From NCBI RefSeq assembly GCF_009914755.1, contig NC_060929.1: DNA of 64,000 bases. One strand, written 5' to 3'. A model generated the notes under the pieces. The model was not told the origin of the DNA and made no database searches. It saw only the letters and a program-made list of their open reading frames with translations. This document shows, piece after piece, positions 1-15,614 of this stretch (positions are counted from its first letter, which is position 1; every line of letters starts with the position of its first letter). The translations under genes and the position numbers were made by a program. Source of the DNA: the human T2T-CHM13v2.0 reference genome, Homo sapiens.

Positions 1-611
1 GTGGAAGGAAACCTGAGGAAAGCAGGAAAAACAGTCACAATGAGAAATTTAATGGTAGCTATGAGAGTGGTTATCACCACTGCTATGAGTATTCCTTCAA
101 CAAAGGCTAACACAGGGACCAGTTATACTTATTGGGCATATTTATCAATCCTGACTGGTAATAATGCCTAGATATAATCACTCCATGACACAGTTACACA
201 TACTTTCTGATCTCAGTATTTACCATAATAAATCTGCTCCTATAATTGAGGCATACTGCCTTCAAAAACCTATTTGTAAACAAAATCAAACCTGGCCAGA
301 AAATATGAATGTACTTGTTTAGGAAGATTGCTTTGCAGAACAGGCAGAGGTGCTGCACAACGATTCCTATGGAATCATTATTGATTGGTCCCCTGTTGAA
401 TTGCACCTCTTAGTCTACATGCCATGGCCACACTATGTTCAGCTGGTCTGAACAAAATGGTCAGACAGTAGAAATGATAAGATGTATGGCAAGAGTTCCT
501 ATTATCTGGAATCATGGCAGTATAGTGGCACTTCAACCTCAAATGATATGGCTCGTTGTAGGAGCTAAACATAAGGATTTGTGGAAACTATTAATAGCTC
601 TTAATAAGATC
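1..611 (+). pseudogene. env: HERV-K(HML-3)/HERVK9 internal region: degraded, internally deleted env (signal peptide and SU remnants)
   Basis: Frame 1 from base 1 reads VEGNLRKAGKTVTMRNLMVAMRVVITTAMSIPSTKANTGTSYTYWAY (cf. HML-2 Env ..AAANYTYWAY). Bases 308-394 read NVLV*EDCFAEQAEVLHNDSYGIIIDWSP (cf. [28 protein letters not shown]). ORF 435-680 contains PQMIWLVVGAKHKDLWKLLIALNKI (cf. [25 protein letters not shown]). The three blocks lie in three frames and include stops. Confidence 0.85.
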
Positions 612-1114
612 TGTTGGGAGCAAGCCCCCCAAAATCTGGCCCCAAAACTGGCCATAAACAAAATCTCTGCAGCACTGTGACATGTTCATGATGGTCATAA
701 CACCCACACTGGAAGGTTGTGGGTTTACTGGAATGAGGGCAAGGAACACCTGGCCTGCCCAGGGTGGAAAACCACTTAAAGGCATTCTTAAGCCACAAAC
801 AATAGCGTGAGTGATCTGTGCCTTAAGGACATGCTCCTGCTGCAGTTAACTAGCCCAACCTATTCCTTTAATTCGAGCCCATCCCTTCATTTCCCATAAG
901 GGATATTTTTAGTTAATCGAATATCTATAGAAGCAATGATAATCACGGGCTTGCTGTTAATAAATACGTGGGTAAATCTCTGTTCAGGGATCTCAGCTCT
1001 GAAGGCTGTGAGGCCCCTGATTTCCCACTTCACACCTCTAAATTTCTGTGTGTGTGTCTTTAATTCCTCTAGCACGGCTGAGTTAGGGTCTCCCTGACAG
1101 AGCTGGTCTCAGCA
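612..1114 (+). mobile_element. MER9 (HML-3) LTR in 3'-LTR position
   Basis: TG...CA termini (TGTTGGGAG...GGTCTCAGCA). MER9 hallmark CTGGCCCCAAAACTGGCCATAAACAAAATCTCTGCAGCACTGTGACATG. AATAAA at 959-964. Confidence 0.9.
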
Positions 1115-3946
1115 CCACTTCTTTCAGTTTGAGTTATTCTTCCCACCCCTTCTTTCCACTTCTTGCATAAAATGTACTCTTTTCCCCATCTATAAAGGTG
1201 GAGGATATCATGGCTTTCCCATGTGGTCTTTACCTGCTTCTTGACCTAAAATTAATGGCGGTGTCACTATGCCACTAGTGACACCTGTTCTTTGCCTTCA
1301 GCACTAAGCAGCTACGTTTCTCATAAGCCTTCTTCATTAAGAATACATTTATGTCAATGCTTTTCCACTCAAGCTTTTCCTCCTCCTTTCAAGTGGTTTA
1401 TAAAAGCACAACATTTGTTATCAGTGTTTATAAGAGGCCATAGATCTGTAGTATGGCTTATGCAGATAATGCCATCTTAAAGTACCACACCTATTTTTCA
1501 AAACAGCATCTTTGAAAAGGATCCAGTATTAAAAACAAAGAAAAATACACAAAATAAAGAAACGATGATTCATTTCTGCCCTGTTTCCACTGTGTCTCAA
1601 AACCAAATTCAACTCCTGCATGTCTATGATTCTCTCCATCCACTATAGCTCCATGGAGACTATAGTGGCCTCTCCCTCCCTGCTCTCTCTCCTCTCTCTC
1701 CCATCACTCCCCTCCCTCTCTCACCTCTCTATGCCCTCTTCTACCTAAAGGTGGTTTTCTCCATTTTGGGTCCTTGTTTGTTCATCATTGTCATGTGGTA
1801 TGATAATTATTTCTCCTCAAACTTAGAAATATGTTATATTTCATCCTCCCCACTGATTACAGTGCTTGGACTAGGATTGATTTAATAGTAAATGATTGAT
1901 TTTTGCAGTTCACATATTTAGAAAATGAAGTTTTCCTCTTTATCAAGCAGTGAATCTATAGATTTCTAAGACCTACTATCTGTGTTATTGGTTCATGACA
2001 CATAAGTAATGTGACATGCTGACTGAATTATGACATAAGCTAGGAATTGTCCCATAAGGAATTCTGTTCTTCAAATCAATGTCATACATCTTCAAATTGA
2101 TGTCATACAACTAAGCATCACAATGAATAGATTGGATAAAAAGTCATCTTTCTGATGAGTAAAAATAATCATTTTACTCATTTAGCAAAGCCGTTCCCCT
2201 CCCCAACTCCATCTTGCCTCACATCTTTGCTAGCCACACAAGCTTCCACTGATATGGATGCAAAAAGTCTCCTTATGTAAGCAGACTCAATGTCAGTTAA
2301 GAGAGCTCAGTTGGATAAAGTGACAGATAGTTTTCTTACCTTGGAGTCAGGAAACTCTCTCACCACTCTCACGGGAATATTCTATGAAGACTATAGCGTC
2401 CTTAAGGTAGCTGATTTGAAACAGAGCTGAAAACTCATTCAGTAGCAGAAACATGATCACTACAGTAGTGAAAAGCACACTCTAACACATAGTCTGAGTT
2501 TCATTCTCTTATCACTGTTCTTCAATACCTCAAATCAAGTATCTAATTTATTAGCTCTACTAAATCTGAACAAATAATTTGCCCTTATTCTGTTTTGTCT
2601 TGGTTATATATCTATGGTATGCCATCACATTCTTAATGAAAAAAAAAAAAAAAACAGATGCCCATTTAGAAAAAGAGACTCCTTTATTGGGTGCTAATAA
2701 ATTATACAAGAGTAAGACTCAAGATTAAGATCATTGAAAATGAAAACTCATCATAGAACTATAGTAACGTAAACAGGTATCTCTTGTATAAAGTGTACCA
2801 GGTGGGGATGGGGCTGTTCTCAGTGCCAAGTGAAATGTACATGGGGGTAATCAGAATACATTCTTTTTTTAGTCACTAAAACTTGTTTTCTAGCAAGATA
2901 AGTTTCCTGAAATAACACACGAGAGAAAAAGAAGTTATGTTATATGCAAAATTAACTCCACAAATTACTTCAGGCTTTTTGTTTCACTACAAGGAACAAA
3001 GTATAGAGAAAACTGAGTGAAATCTAAATTGAAAAGATAAGAAAAGATTCTTGTATTGCTAAGTGTGTATTAAGAGTGTGTTACAAATCTCTCAAGAGTG
3101 CATTCTTTCATAGGACATCATGAAAGATAGAGAAAAAAATAAAAGAAAAACATGATTGAAAAAATGTAAACCAATTGTAATGCTAGCTTGCTTGAATTAA
3201 TTAATAAGTGAAATAGACATAAGTTTGAATATCACCCTCTGTGATTTGTGTCAGCCGTATTGACCCAAGTAAACAAACAACAACAACAAACTTGGCTATA
3301 TGGGAGCAATGCTTGCAAGTCATTAACATTATCCTGCATTGGTGTGAAGATATTGCTAGGCACCCAGAGGTCTTGAATTAGCCTTTACAAGTTATCTGAA
3401 AGAGCTCATCTTATCTTGGCATATTTTCCATTTTTCTTCTTATAATATGGGACCCAAATTTATGTCTATCCATTTTCATCGGACAAAATGGAGTGTGTGG
3501 CCTAATTTATTATTAATATATTTAAGTGAAAGTGGATCATTCATAAAGCAGAAAAAAATTATGTTAAATTGAGCAAGTTTGCATGTACTTGATCTCATTA
3601 ATTTTATTTAGAATTATTCCACCTTTATTCAAAAGCATTACATTGTTGCTCTTTCTGACCTCACAAGCATTTCAGTCTCTAAATTTTTATAAATATAATT
3701 AATAATGAGCATGACTAATCAATATCTCTAATCATCGATACTCAGAAATTAATATAAACAGGTGGAATTGTAAATATTGTTTTCTCCATTAGACAGTCTA
3801 AAAACAAGAATGAATTAGGATGGTTATCCAAAATCAGAATTTGGAACTGAATTTCAGGGAGTTTCTAACTGTGACCAGAAGAAGGAACTTCCTCAATGAA
3901 AGAAAACTTATGGCCTGGGATTTAGTCTCTCATAATCTAAAGAAAG

Positions 3947-7650
<3,704 letters not shown>

Positions 7651-7816
7651 ACTGCATGCTTTTGGGAAAAAGTGTTCTCTAATCACTTCCTTACATCTAA
7701 ATAAAGAGAGTTCCATTCATCAGAAGCTGCAAAAAAAATAAGTAAAATAACAAAAAAATAAAATAAAGAAGGTTGTTTTTTAAACTCCAAGATCTAAAAA
7801 ATATATTATCAAATAT

Positions 7817-7868
7817 TTTACCATTAAAGGCAATGGCAAAAATCTCAATTACTCTTGCACCAACCTAT
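7817..7868. mobile_element. MADE1 (Hsmar1 MITE), partial: one TIR
   Basis: CCATTAAAGGCAATGGCAAAAATCTCAATTACTCTTGCACCAACCTA matches one half of MADE1. Confidence 0.75.
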
Positions 7869-8379
7869 ATTTGGTTATGTAACATATTAATTTAGGCCTT
7901 CTGTGACTTTTTCTAACTTACAACAATTTATTAATCAGTTATATTTTAATTTATGAAATACTGACCTTTGAGGTAAGACTTTTTAAAAATAAATTCTGCA
8001 ATTGTGATTTTCACCAAATCATAGATATTCTGTTTTCCAACCTTCATTCTCATTTTTAATTGGTAAGATATTGGGTAGCAAAAAATTTCTTAGCACCAAT
8101 CATGTGACCAGAACTTTATATCTGCTCTGGGAGATGCAGGATTTAGTACTGAGAGCCACTGTTAGGACCTAGGTTTTCCCTAGTTACAAATGTCAGTGAG
8201 ATGTTTTTTTTCTTTTTACAATGCCAATGTCCTCCACAAGAAAAATAGTGTTAGTAATGATGGACTGATTCTCAAGAAATTAATGCAGACCACTACTGCT
8301 TTCTTAAGATACTCTCCACTAATTTAAAGGACAGATTTCTCTGCTGGTTCCTTTTTAGGTTGTAGTTACTTCTTACTAA

Positions 8380-9560
8380 TGTCTTTAATAAAGTTCTCTT
8401 CACTCATCAATCTCTAATCTTTTAGTGTTTTTCGGGGTTCTAACCTGGGCTCTTTCTTCTTATACTTCTCATTCTTCCAAGAGGAAAATATTCATTTCCA
8501 TGGAATCACTTACCAGTTATTTATTCATGTCCTACAGAGGGATTTCTTACTCATTTCTCTTTTCAAAACTCTGATAGACTGGATAACATCTGAACATCCC
8601 GCAATTAAATTCATCCAAAACTAAACTCTTAACTTCTTACCCCCTAAGCTATAATACTCCTGTGTTTCTGTCTAACCGGTTAAGAAACCATGATCTATTC
8701 ACGACTCCTGTTTCTGTCACAACCACCCATCATCTAAACCACTCCTCTGCCCAGAAACCGTTTTCTTCTTTTGGAATCTACTTCCTCCCTTTATTCCCTG
8801 GACCTTAACTCACATTCTTGAAATTTCTCTCCTAATGTATTGCAACTATTAATAGTTTTAAACTATCTCCTTGCTCCCAGCTTCTTATTTACCTCTAATT
8901 AACTATATACTTCTGAAAACCAAATCATATTATATTTTGTCAAATTTTCTATTTGCCTTCAAGATAAAATTCCTCAGTTGGCTAACAAGCCCTTCATAAT
9001 AGGGCCTTTTATTTTATCCCCAATTTCATGTTTTCCAACCCCAACCTTCCCCTTATAACCAACGAGGCCCCCCTCCGCCAACTTCCCACACCTTCGACAT
9101 ACATAAGCTCTTGTCTGGTCATATTAACCTTCTTAGAGTTTCCTGATAGTACCAGGATTTCTTGACTTTACATTATTGCTTTTCTGTCCTGTTGGTTGGC
9201 CTAGCTCCTCCTTCCCTTCTTTTCTACCCAATTCCCACCGTACTTCCCGTGGCTCATAGACTCTTATATTTTGAACCTGGGTTTAGACGTCCTGACTCCT
9301 GGAATCCTTCCCTACATATACTTTGATAAGGGCCTTTATCACACATCATTCCAATCACCTGTTTCCATGACTGACTTCCCCATAAACTCTATGCACTTTG
9401 GTGTTAGAAAACTAACATTTCATACACTTGCAATGTACCCGCAAAAGCTAAAATGAAAATTTTTATTAAAAAAGCAAACTAATACTGCTTTAGTTTGTAT
9501 TTTTAATACTTGGCATTCTGATTGGCATTGAAATGCCATGTAGATGCTGGATAAATTTGT
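8380..9560 (+). mobile_element. Degraded L2 fragments
   Basis: Pyrimidine-rich L2-like text, e.g. AAATTCATCCAAAACTAAACTC and TTGCCTTCAAGATAAAATTCCTCAG. Boundaries are approximate. Confidence 0.45.
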
Positions 9561-9755
9561 CATAAATTCCTTAATGATTAAATTCATTCATTTATTCAAT
9601 GGAAAGAAAATAATGGAAATATAGCTTCAGAGTCTTCAATGTGGATATCAAATTTAATATTCAATGTTAATAAATATTAAATTTAATAAGTAAATATTAA
9701 ATTCAATATCTATTCTCATTTTTTCCCTATCTAGAGAATTCCATTTTTTTTTTGA

Positions 9756-10146
9756 TGTGGCAAGGTACCCCATCCAACATATTTACCTCTCAGAATTTCT
9801 TGAAATTTGGTGCACCCACATGATGCAGTCCTAATCAATGAGCGTTAAGTCACTGGATGGTCCACACGAGGCTGTCTTTGATTTTTCACTTCTTTTCTTC
9901 TGTTCTCCCATCGGGAAAGTGGAACAGATGATGATAGGAGGTGCAATGGGTGACTATCAACCATGAAAATTAGTCATTCCCTAAGAATGGCAAAGGAAGG
10001 AAGAAAAAGCCTGGTTCTTAAAAAGTGGTATCAGCTGTGGCTTGCCTAACCCCCATCCCCTTCATGTAGGGTAAGAAAAACAAACAAGCAAACACTAATT
10101 GTATCACAGTTGCTGCTAAGTGCACCGAATGCAGTCCTAACTGATA
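9756..10146 (+). mobile_element. Old MaLR LTR (MLT1 family)
   Basis: Ends in the MLT1-type GCAGTCCTAACTGATA and has an MLT1-like interior. Confidence 0.5.
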
Positions 10147-10798
10147 AAGTGGTTTTTCACGTATCAGTGGAAGAAAATTGTGCCCACATGCTTCAGAGAA
10201 TCAGTAGTGAGTGTGAGACAAATCTTACCATTATAGAAGAGCGGGAAAACATAAAAATAAGGTTTAAAAATATTTTTTGTGAAACTTTACATTCTATGTT
10301 TATGTAAAAGGAGTTTAGATTTTACAGTCAAAAAATATATTAAGAATAGTTTCGATTTTTATTAAATGAGGTCATATAGTTTTATAATATTAGCAATAAT
10401 ATAGTTCTAAGGAAAATGCAGTGGATAAATAACAGTATAAAATGTTCTATAAAGAATTTGATATAGACAGAAGAAATTACTTAAGACCAGAAGGCATGAA
10501 ACTCACGATTTTCTTAGTGAGGGGAGTAAACAGGGACTAACAGCAGCAGAGTCAGCAAACGCAGAGTGTCATCAAGACCGAGAAAATATTTTTGCCTTCC
10601 ACACTTAACCCATTGATTGTCTGATAGTGGTAATTTTAAGAATAAAGTTTTGTTTCTTCAGCCTTTGACTTTATTTAAAATGGATATTAATTTAAAATTA
10701 ACTTAGAAAGGTTAATATTTAAGTTTTAATGAATCCTTTTCTCTCAGTAGAAATAAATTAAATAAGTTTATCAAAATCTCTTTAGCCAAATGGAAGAA

Positions 10799-10823
10799 TG
10801 TGTGTGTGTGTGTGTGTGTGTGT
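10799..10823. repeat. (TG)12 microsatellite
   Basis: Read directly from the sequence. Confidence 0.95.
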
Positions 10824-13800
10824 ACATTCATGAGCACTCACGAGCATGTGTGTGACTACATGACTATATGTGGAGTTTGGGGCACAAGGAGGGGAAAAAG
10901 AAAATGAGCAAATTAAGAACTGAAAGGACTGATACTTTCAAATTTTGTTTGTATGTTGTGTTTGCATTCCTAACTATGCAAGATTAAAACTCAAACTGAA
11001 GACTGCATTTTACTATTTCTTGAAACAAATAATATGAGCTCAGCCTCCCTCGAAAGATCATGGAGCAGAGCAATTCTTCATGAGAGGCTCTAGGAGCTGT
11101 CTCTAAACCAAGTATGAATACCCTGCCCTGCAGACTCCAGCAGGGTATTACGTATCAGCTGCCTCAAAGGTTGGCGCCAACCTTCTTCTTCAGCGCACCA
11201 CAAACCAGAATTAATTGCAAATCAATCGAACAAAGTACAACTGATCAGTAAACCAATTAGTAATTTTAGCTGTTCATCCTGTCTTTATTTACTAGGGGGA
11301 AAAGTGGGAAATGGAAGTGCCTTTTAGACCACATATAAGATTCCTGTTTTTCCCCCACTGCCCTCTGCTTCTCTACATGCTAATGTTACAAGAACATTCA
11401 TAAGGAAATGCTTCAAAAAGCTGTTGCCTAAATATTATGCAAGTAAGCTTTTAATTTATCTACTTTATTCTGGAAATATAAATTAGCTTTGGCAAAAAGA
11501 AACTACTTTACTGGAGAAAATAATATTAAATAATTCATTCTATACAAATATGATATATTTTATTTTAAAATCACCACTTGAGACAAAATTTAATTGATAC
11601 AACTTTTTTTGCCATTTTTGTCACATTATAGTCATCCTTGTCTTGAACAATAGATACGTCAAGGTCTCTGATTTATATATGTCAGTACCTCTCCTAAATT
11701 TCATTACATGTGCAATGACTTTTTTCACTATCCTTTGGCATGTAAATATTATAATGTAAGCAGAAACACAAAATAAATCTATATTTCTAGCCTTTTCAGT
11801 CACCTGTCAGTTGCAAAAGAATTTGCCTTTGCTATTACCCCATAATATTGCCTGTTAGTGATCAGAGGTTCATATTATTTACTTTCTATTGGCCTGAGAC
11901 CTGATGTTGAATAGGAATTTTTCTTTGTTACTTAATTACAGGGAAGAATGTCAATTTCCAGTGACTCACTAGGCTGGGTTTATATAAAATTACTCTACTT
12001 GAGAAAGAAATTAGATTCATATTAGGATTGCAATTCAGAAGATTATAACCTTTTTTAGTCTAGCTCAAGAGAAGATATTTAAGAAACTACATTGTCTTAT
12101 GGGCTCAGGTTATTATTAATACTGTCCTGTGAATACAAATAGTGGTAGCTACGAAAAGTATATTTTTACATACACTAGTAAAAATACAATTAGTTTATTT
12201 GAGAGCACTTGAAATTCCCATGAAAATTCATTCAATTAACTGAGTTACAATACTCCTCTATAAGGCTCTGCTGCTTAAAAATCAATAAGAGAAAATATAA
12301 ATGGTCATGGTGTTGCTTTTATTGCTGGAAAGTAATCAATCTACTTAATAATCCTTATTTTATAGCAGGTCTCCCAAGATAAATATATTTCAATAGAATG
12401 TTTTAAGACAAAGTGTAGATTAAAAAATTCAAATAGGAGAAAATAATGATTGTTTTTCAATAAACACTCAAAGCTTATCACAAAATTTATTTAATATTAG
12501 CTACCCTCCCACCATTCTTTGTTAAATAGTATGCACCTTCTGTGTTATCAAAAGAGCATTTTTAGTAATTTTCTTACATTACAGGAGATAATCCAGTCCA
12601 GAAGCAGGTGTTAATAGAAAGAGCTCAGAGAAACTGTTGGTGCTATCCAACAAGCAAACACGCATCAAGACAAGCAAAGAAATACAGGTGACTTCTACAA
12701 ACAATATGATTGCCATTGTATGATTATATGATAAAGATATTGAGTGTTGAATGTGAAAATGTGTAATGAGTAAAAGATGGCTCTCATTATATAGGGGCTT
12801 GGGAATGGAAGGCATTGTGTGGTATGAAGCAGATATTATCTAATGTATTTAACCTAGATTGAGTAGACTTCCCTAGGTGCACTCTATAATTCAGTCGATT
12901 AAACTTGTGTGTGACTGTCCCACTGCAGACAGAACTTTAAAATGAAGACATTCTAAGATCTCACTTTTAACTGATAACCTGGAGGCAACGTTTACCAAGA
13001 TGGATGGGCACATATCTAGGAGCTGTCAAAATCCAGGAATGCTGGAAGAAGTATGCATTTGAGGACACTTAAGAAATCAACTATGAGTTTGAAACCAAGT
13101 AAATAACATTTTATTTAATTGTTTCTCAGAAAGCTAATGTCCTTTCATTACTACCATTGATAAACAGTATAGCATTTAATGACCAAATCTTTATGAATAT
13201 AAAATAACTAGAGATTTGCTTTGTTTTTACCAAAGCACACATTTTAGAAACCATGGCTCTCTACTGATATTCTTGAAATAAATAACCACAATCAAAGCAA
13301 TTCCTAAAAAAAGTAATATAATAAATTTAAAGATACACATGTAATTTCCCATTAACTGATCTCTCCACATTTTTACTAGGTTACAAAAGGAGAGAGCAAC
13401 CACATTTTTCAAAGAGATTTTCTTTTGCCATGGCCCAATTCGATCTTCACAGCGGACAACATACAGCCGGGTATTGATTTTTGTATACACTCTGACAATC
13501 ATATTTTAATTGGTTATTTAGACAATTTACATTTAAAGTGATGTAGTTGGACTAGTATTTAGCATGTTTTAAATGTTTTCTGTTTCTTGTGTTTCTTCTT
13601 TGTCCTTGCTATTTCCTTCTTTTCCTTTTCTGGTTTTAATTGAAAATTTTATGTCGTTCAATTTGATCAGCTCACTTACTTTTTCAGTTATACTTCTTAC
13701 AAAAAAAATTAGCAGTTTTCCTAGAGTTTACACTGTGCATTTTTAACTAATCTAAGTCCATCTTAAAATAATACTACGACACTTCATGCATAGTACATGT

Positions 13801-14782
13801 ATCTTATAAAAGTATTCTTAATTCTTTCCTCCCATTCCTGGTGACATTGCTGTCATTCTTTCTACTTATTCATATACTATGATAACCTAAAATATTACTA
13901 TTAGGACTTTAACTAGTTATATTTTAGATTGGGTCAGAGTAAGAAAAGTAATATATTTCACTTTGCTTTCATTTATTTCTTTTCTTCTTCTTTTTAATGT
14001 ACATCGAAGCTGCTGATTTATATTATTTTGCTTCTGCCTGAAAAACTTCTTTGAACATTTCTTTTGGGGCTGGTATGCAGGCAGTGAATTACCTTTAGTT
14101 TTTTGTTGTCTTAGAAAGTCCTTCACTTTTGAAGCATAATTTTACGGGATACAGAAGTCTGCGTTGGCAGTTGACTTTCTTTGAATACTTTAAATATTTC
14201 ATTCTACTCTCTTTTTGCTTGATGGTTTCTGATAAAAAGTTCACTCTAACTTGTATCCTTTTTCCAGTTTAGACAAGTCATTTCCCTCCCACACTCCTAG
14301 CCCCAGGGCTTTAATCAAGATTTTTCTGTCTTCGGCTTTCTTCAGTTCCTACGTGATAGATAAGTGTACGTTTGATGTTGTTGTAGTTGTTATAATAGCT
14401 GTTGGTGGTGGGGTTTGTTTATTTGTTTTGGTATGTATCCCACTCTTGGTGTTCTCTAAGCTTTCTGGATCTTGGAAGGGTCCTGAAGTCTGTTATTATG
14501 ATGGCAAAGGTTTGATCTTTATTTATTCAAATATTTCTTTTGCCTTTTTTTTCTTCTGACATTCCAGTTACATCATTGTTATACCTTTTAAAATTATCCT
14601 GCAGTGGTTACCTGTTCTGTGCTGTTTTGTTTTTCCCTTTTTTCTCTTGTTTTTTAGTTAGGGAGGTTTCTTGTACCCTTTAAAGTTCTCCCTCAACAGT
14701 ATCAAGTATGTTGTTCAGTCTAAAGACATTCTTCATTTCTGTTACAGTGTCTGGTTTCTCATGTTTCGTATTTATGTTTTTT

Positions 14783-15245
14783 TTAATGGGCAAGTAGTTT
14801 TAATAGACATTTCTCTAAAGCAATGATCTAGCAAATCAAAACCATGATGAGATATCACTTTCATACCCATAGGATGGCTGTACTTAAAAATATACATAAT
14901 AACAAGCATTGGCAAAGATGGGGAAAAAACAGAACTTTCATATATTGCTGGTGGGTATGTAAAATGATGCAATTGCTTTGAAAAAACAATTTAATAGCTT
15001 TTTAGAATGTTAAACATTGAGTTGGCACATTATCTAGCAGTTCTACTCTTAAGTGCACACCCAAAAGAAATATAAATATACATCTACATAAAAACTTGTA
15101 CACAAATGTTTATAGTAGCATTATACATAATAGCTTAAAACTGGAAAACAACCCAATTTCCATCAACTGATGAATGGGTTAACAAAGTTCCATACAAGGG
15201 AATATCGCTTGTTAGTAAAAATAAGCTTCGATACGTGTTACAACA
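14783..15245 (+). mobile_element. L1M (L1MB/MC-type) ORF2 3'-end fragment
   Basis: AATAGACATTTCTCTAAAG...GAGATATCACTTTCATACCCATAGGATGGCT...CATATATTGCTGGTGGGTATGTAAAATG. Confidence 0.75.
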
Positions 15246-15335
15246 TGAGTTTTTTTGTAGTGTCTCCATGTCTCTGCTTACATTGAGTATCCTTCTTGCT
15301 TGCTGTCTAGCTATTTGCATTAGAGCCTTGACATA

Positions 15336-15614
15336 CAGGTTGAACCCTGATCCAAAAATCTAAAATCCAAAATTATCTGTATTGGATCACAGTCAAAAGG
15401 CATAAAAACTTTCATGTACAAAATTATTTAAAACATCATGAAAAATTACCTTCAGGCAATGTGTATAAGGTGTATATGAAAAGCAAATCAACTTCATGTT
15501 TAGACTTGGGTCCCATCCCCCAAGGCATCTCCTTATGTATAATGCAAATATTTTAAAATCTGAAAAACTCCAAAACACTTTGGGTATCAAGCATTTCGGA
15601 TAGGAAATAGCTTG
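15336..15614 (+). mobile_element. Tigger4b (Zombi) TcMar DNA transposon
   Basis: TA|CAGGTTGA start, the AATTACCTTCAGGC..TTTAGACTTGGGTCCCATCCCCAAG core, and an AAGCATTTCGGATA..TG|TA end. Confidence 0.8.

Noticed and set aside
7817-7868. miR-548-type hairpin from MADE1
   Set aside because: Only one TIR is present, so no full hairpin can form.
9645-9710. AT-only inverted repeats
   Set aside because: Low-complexity composition explains them.
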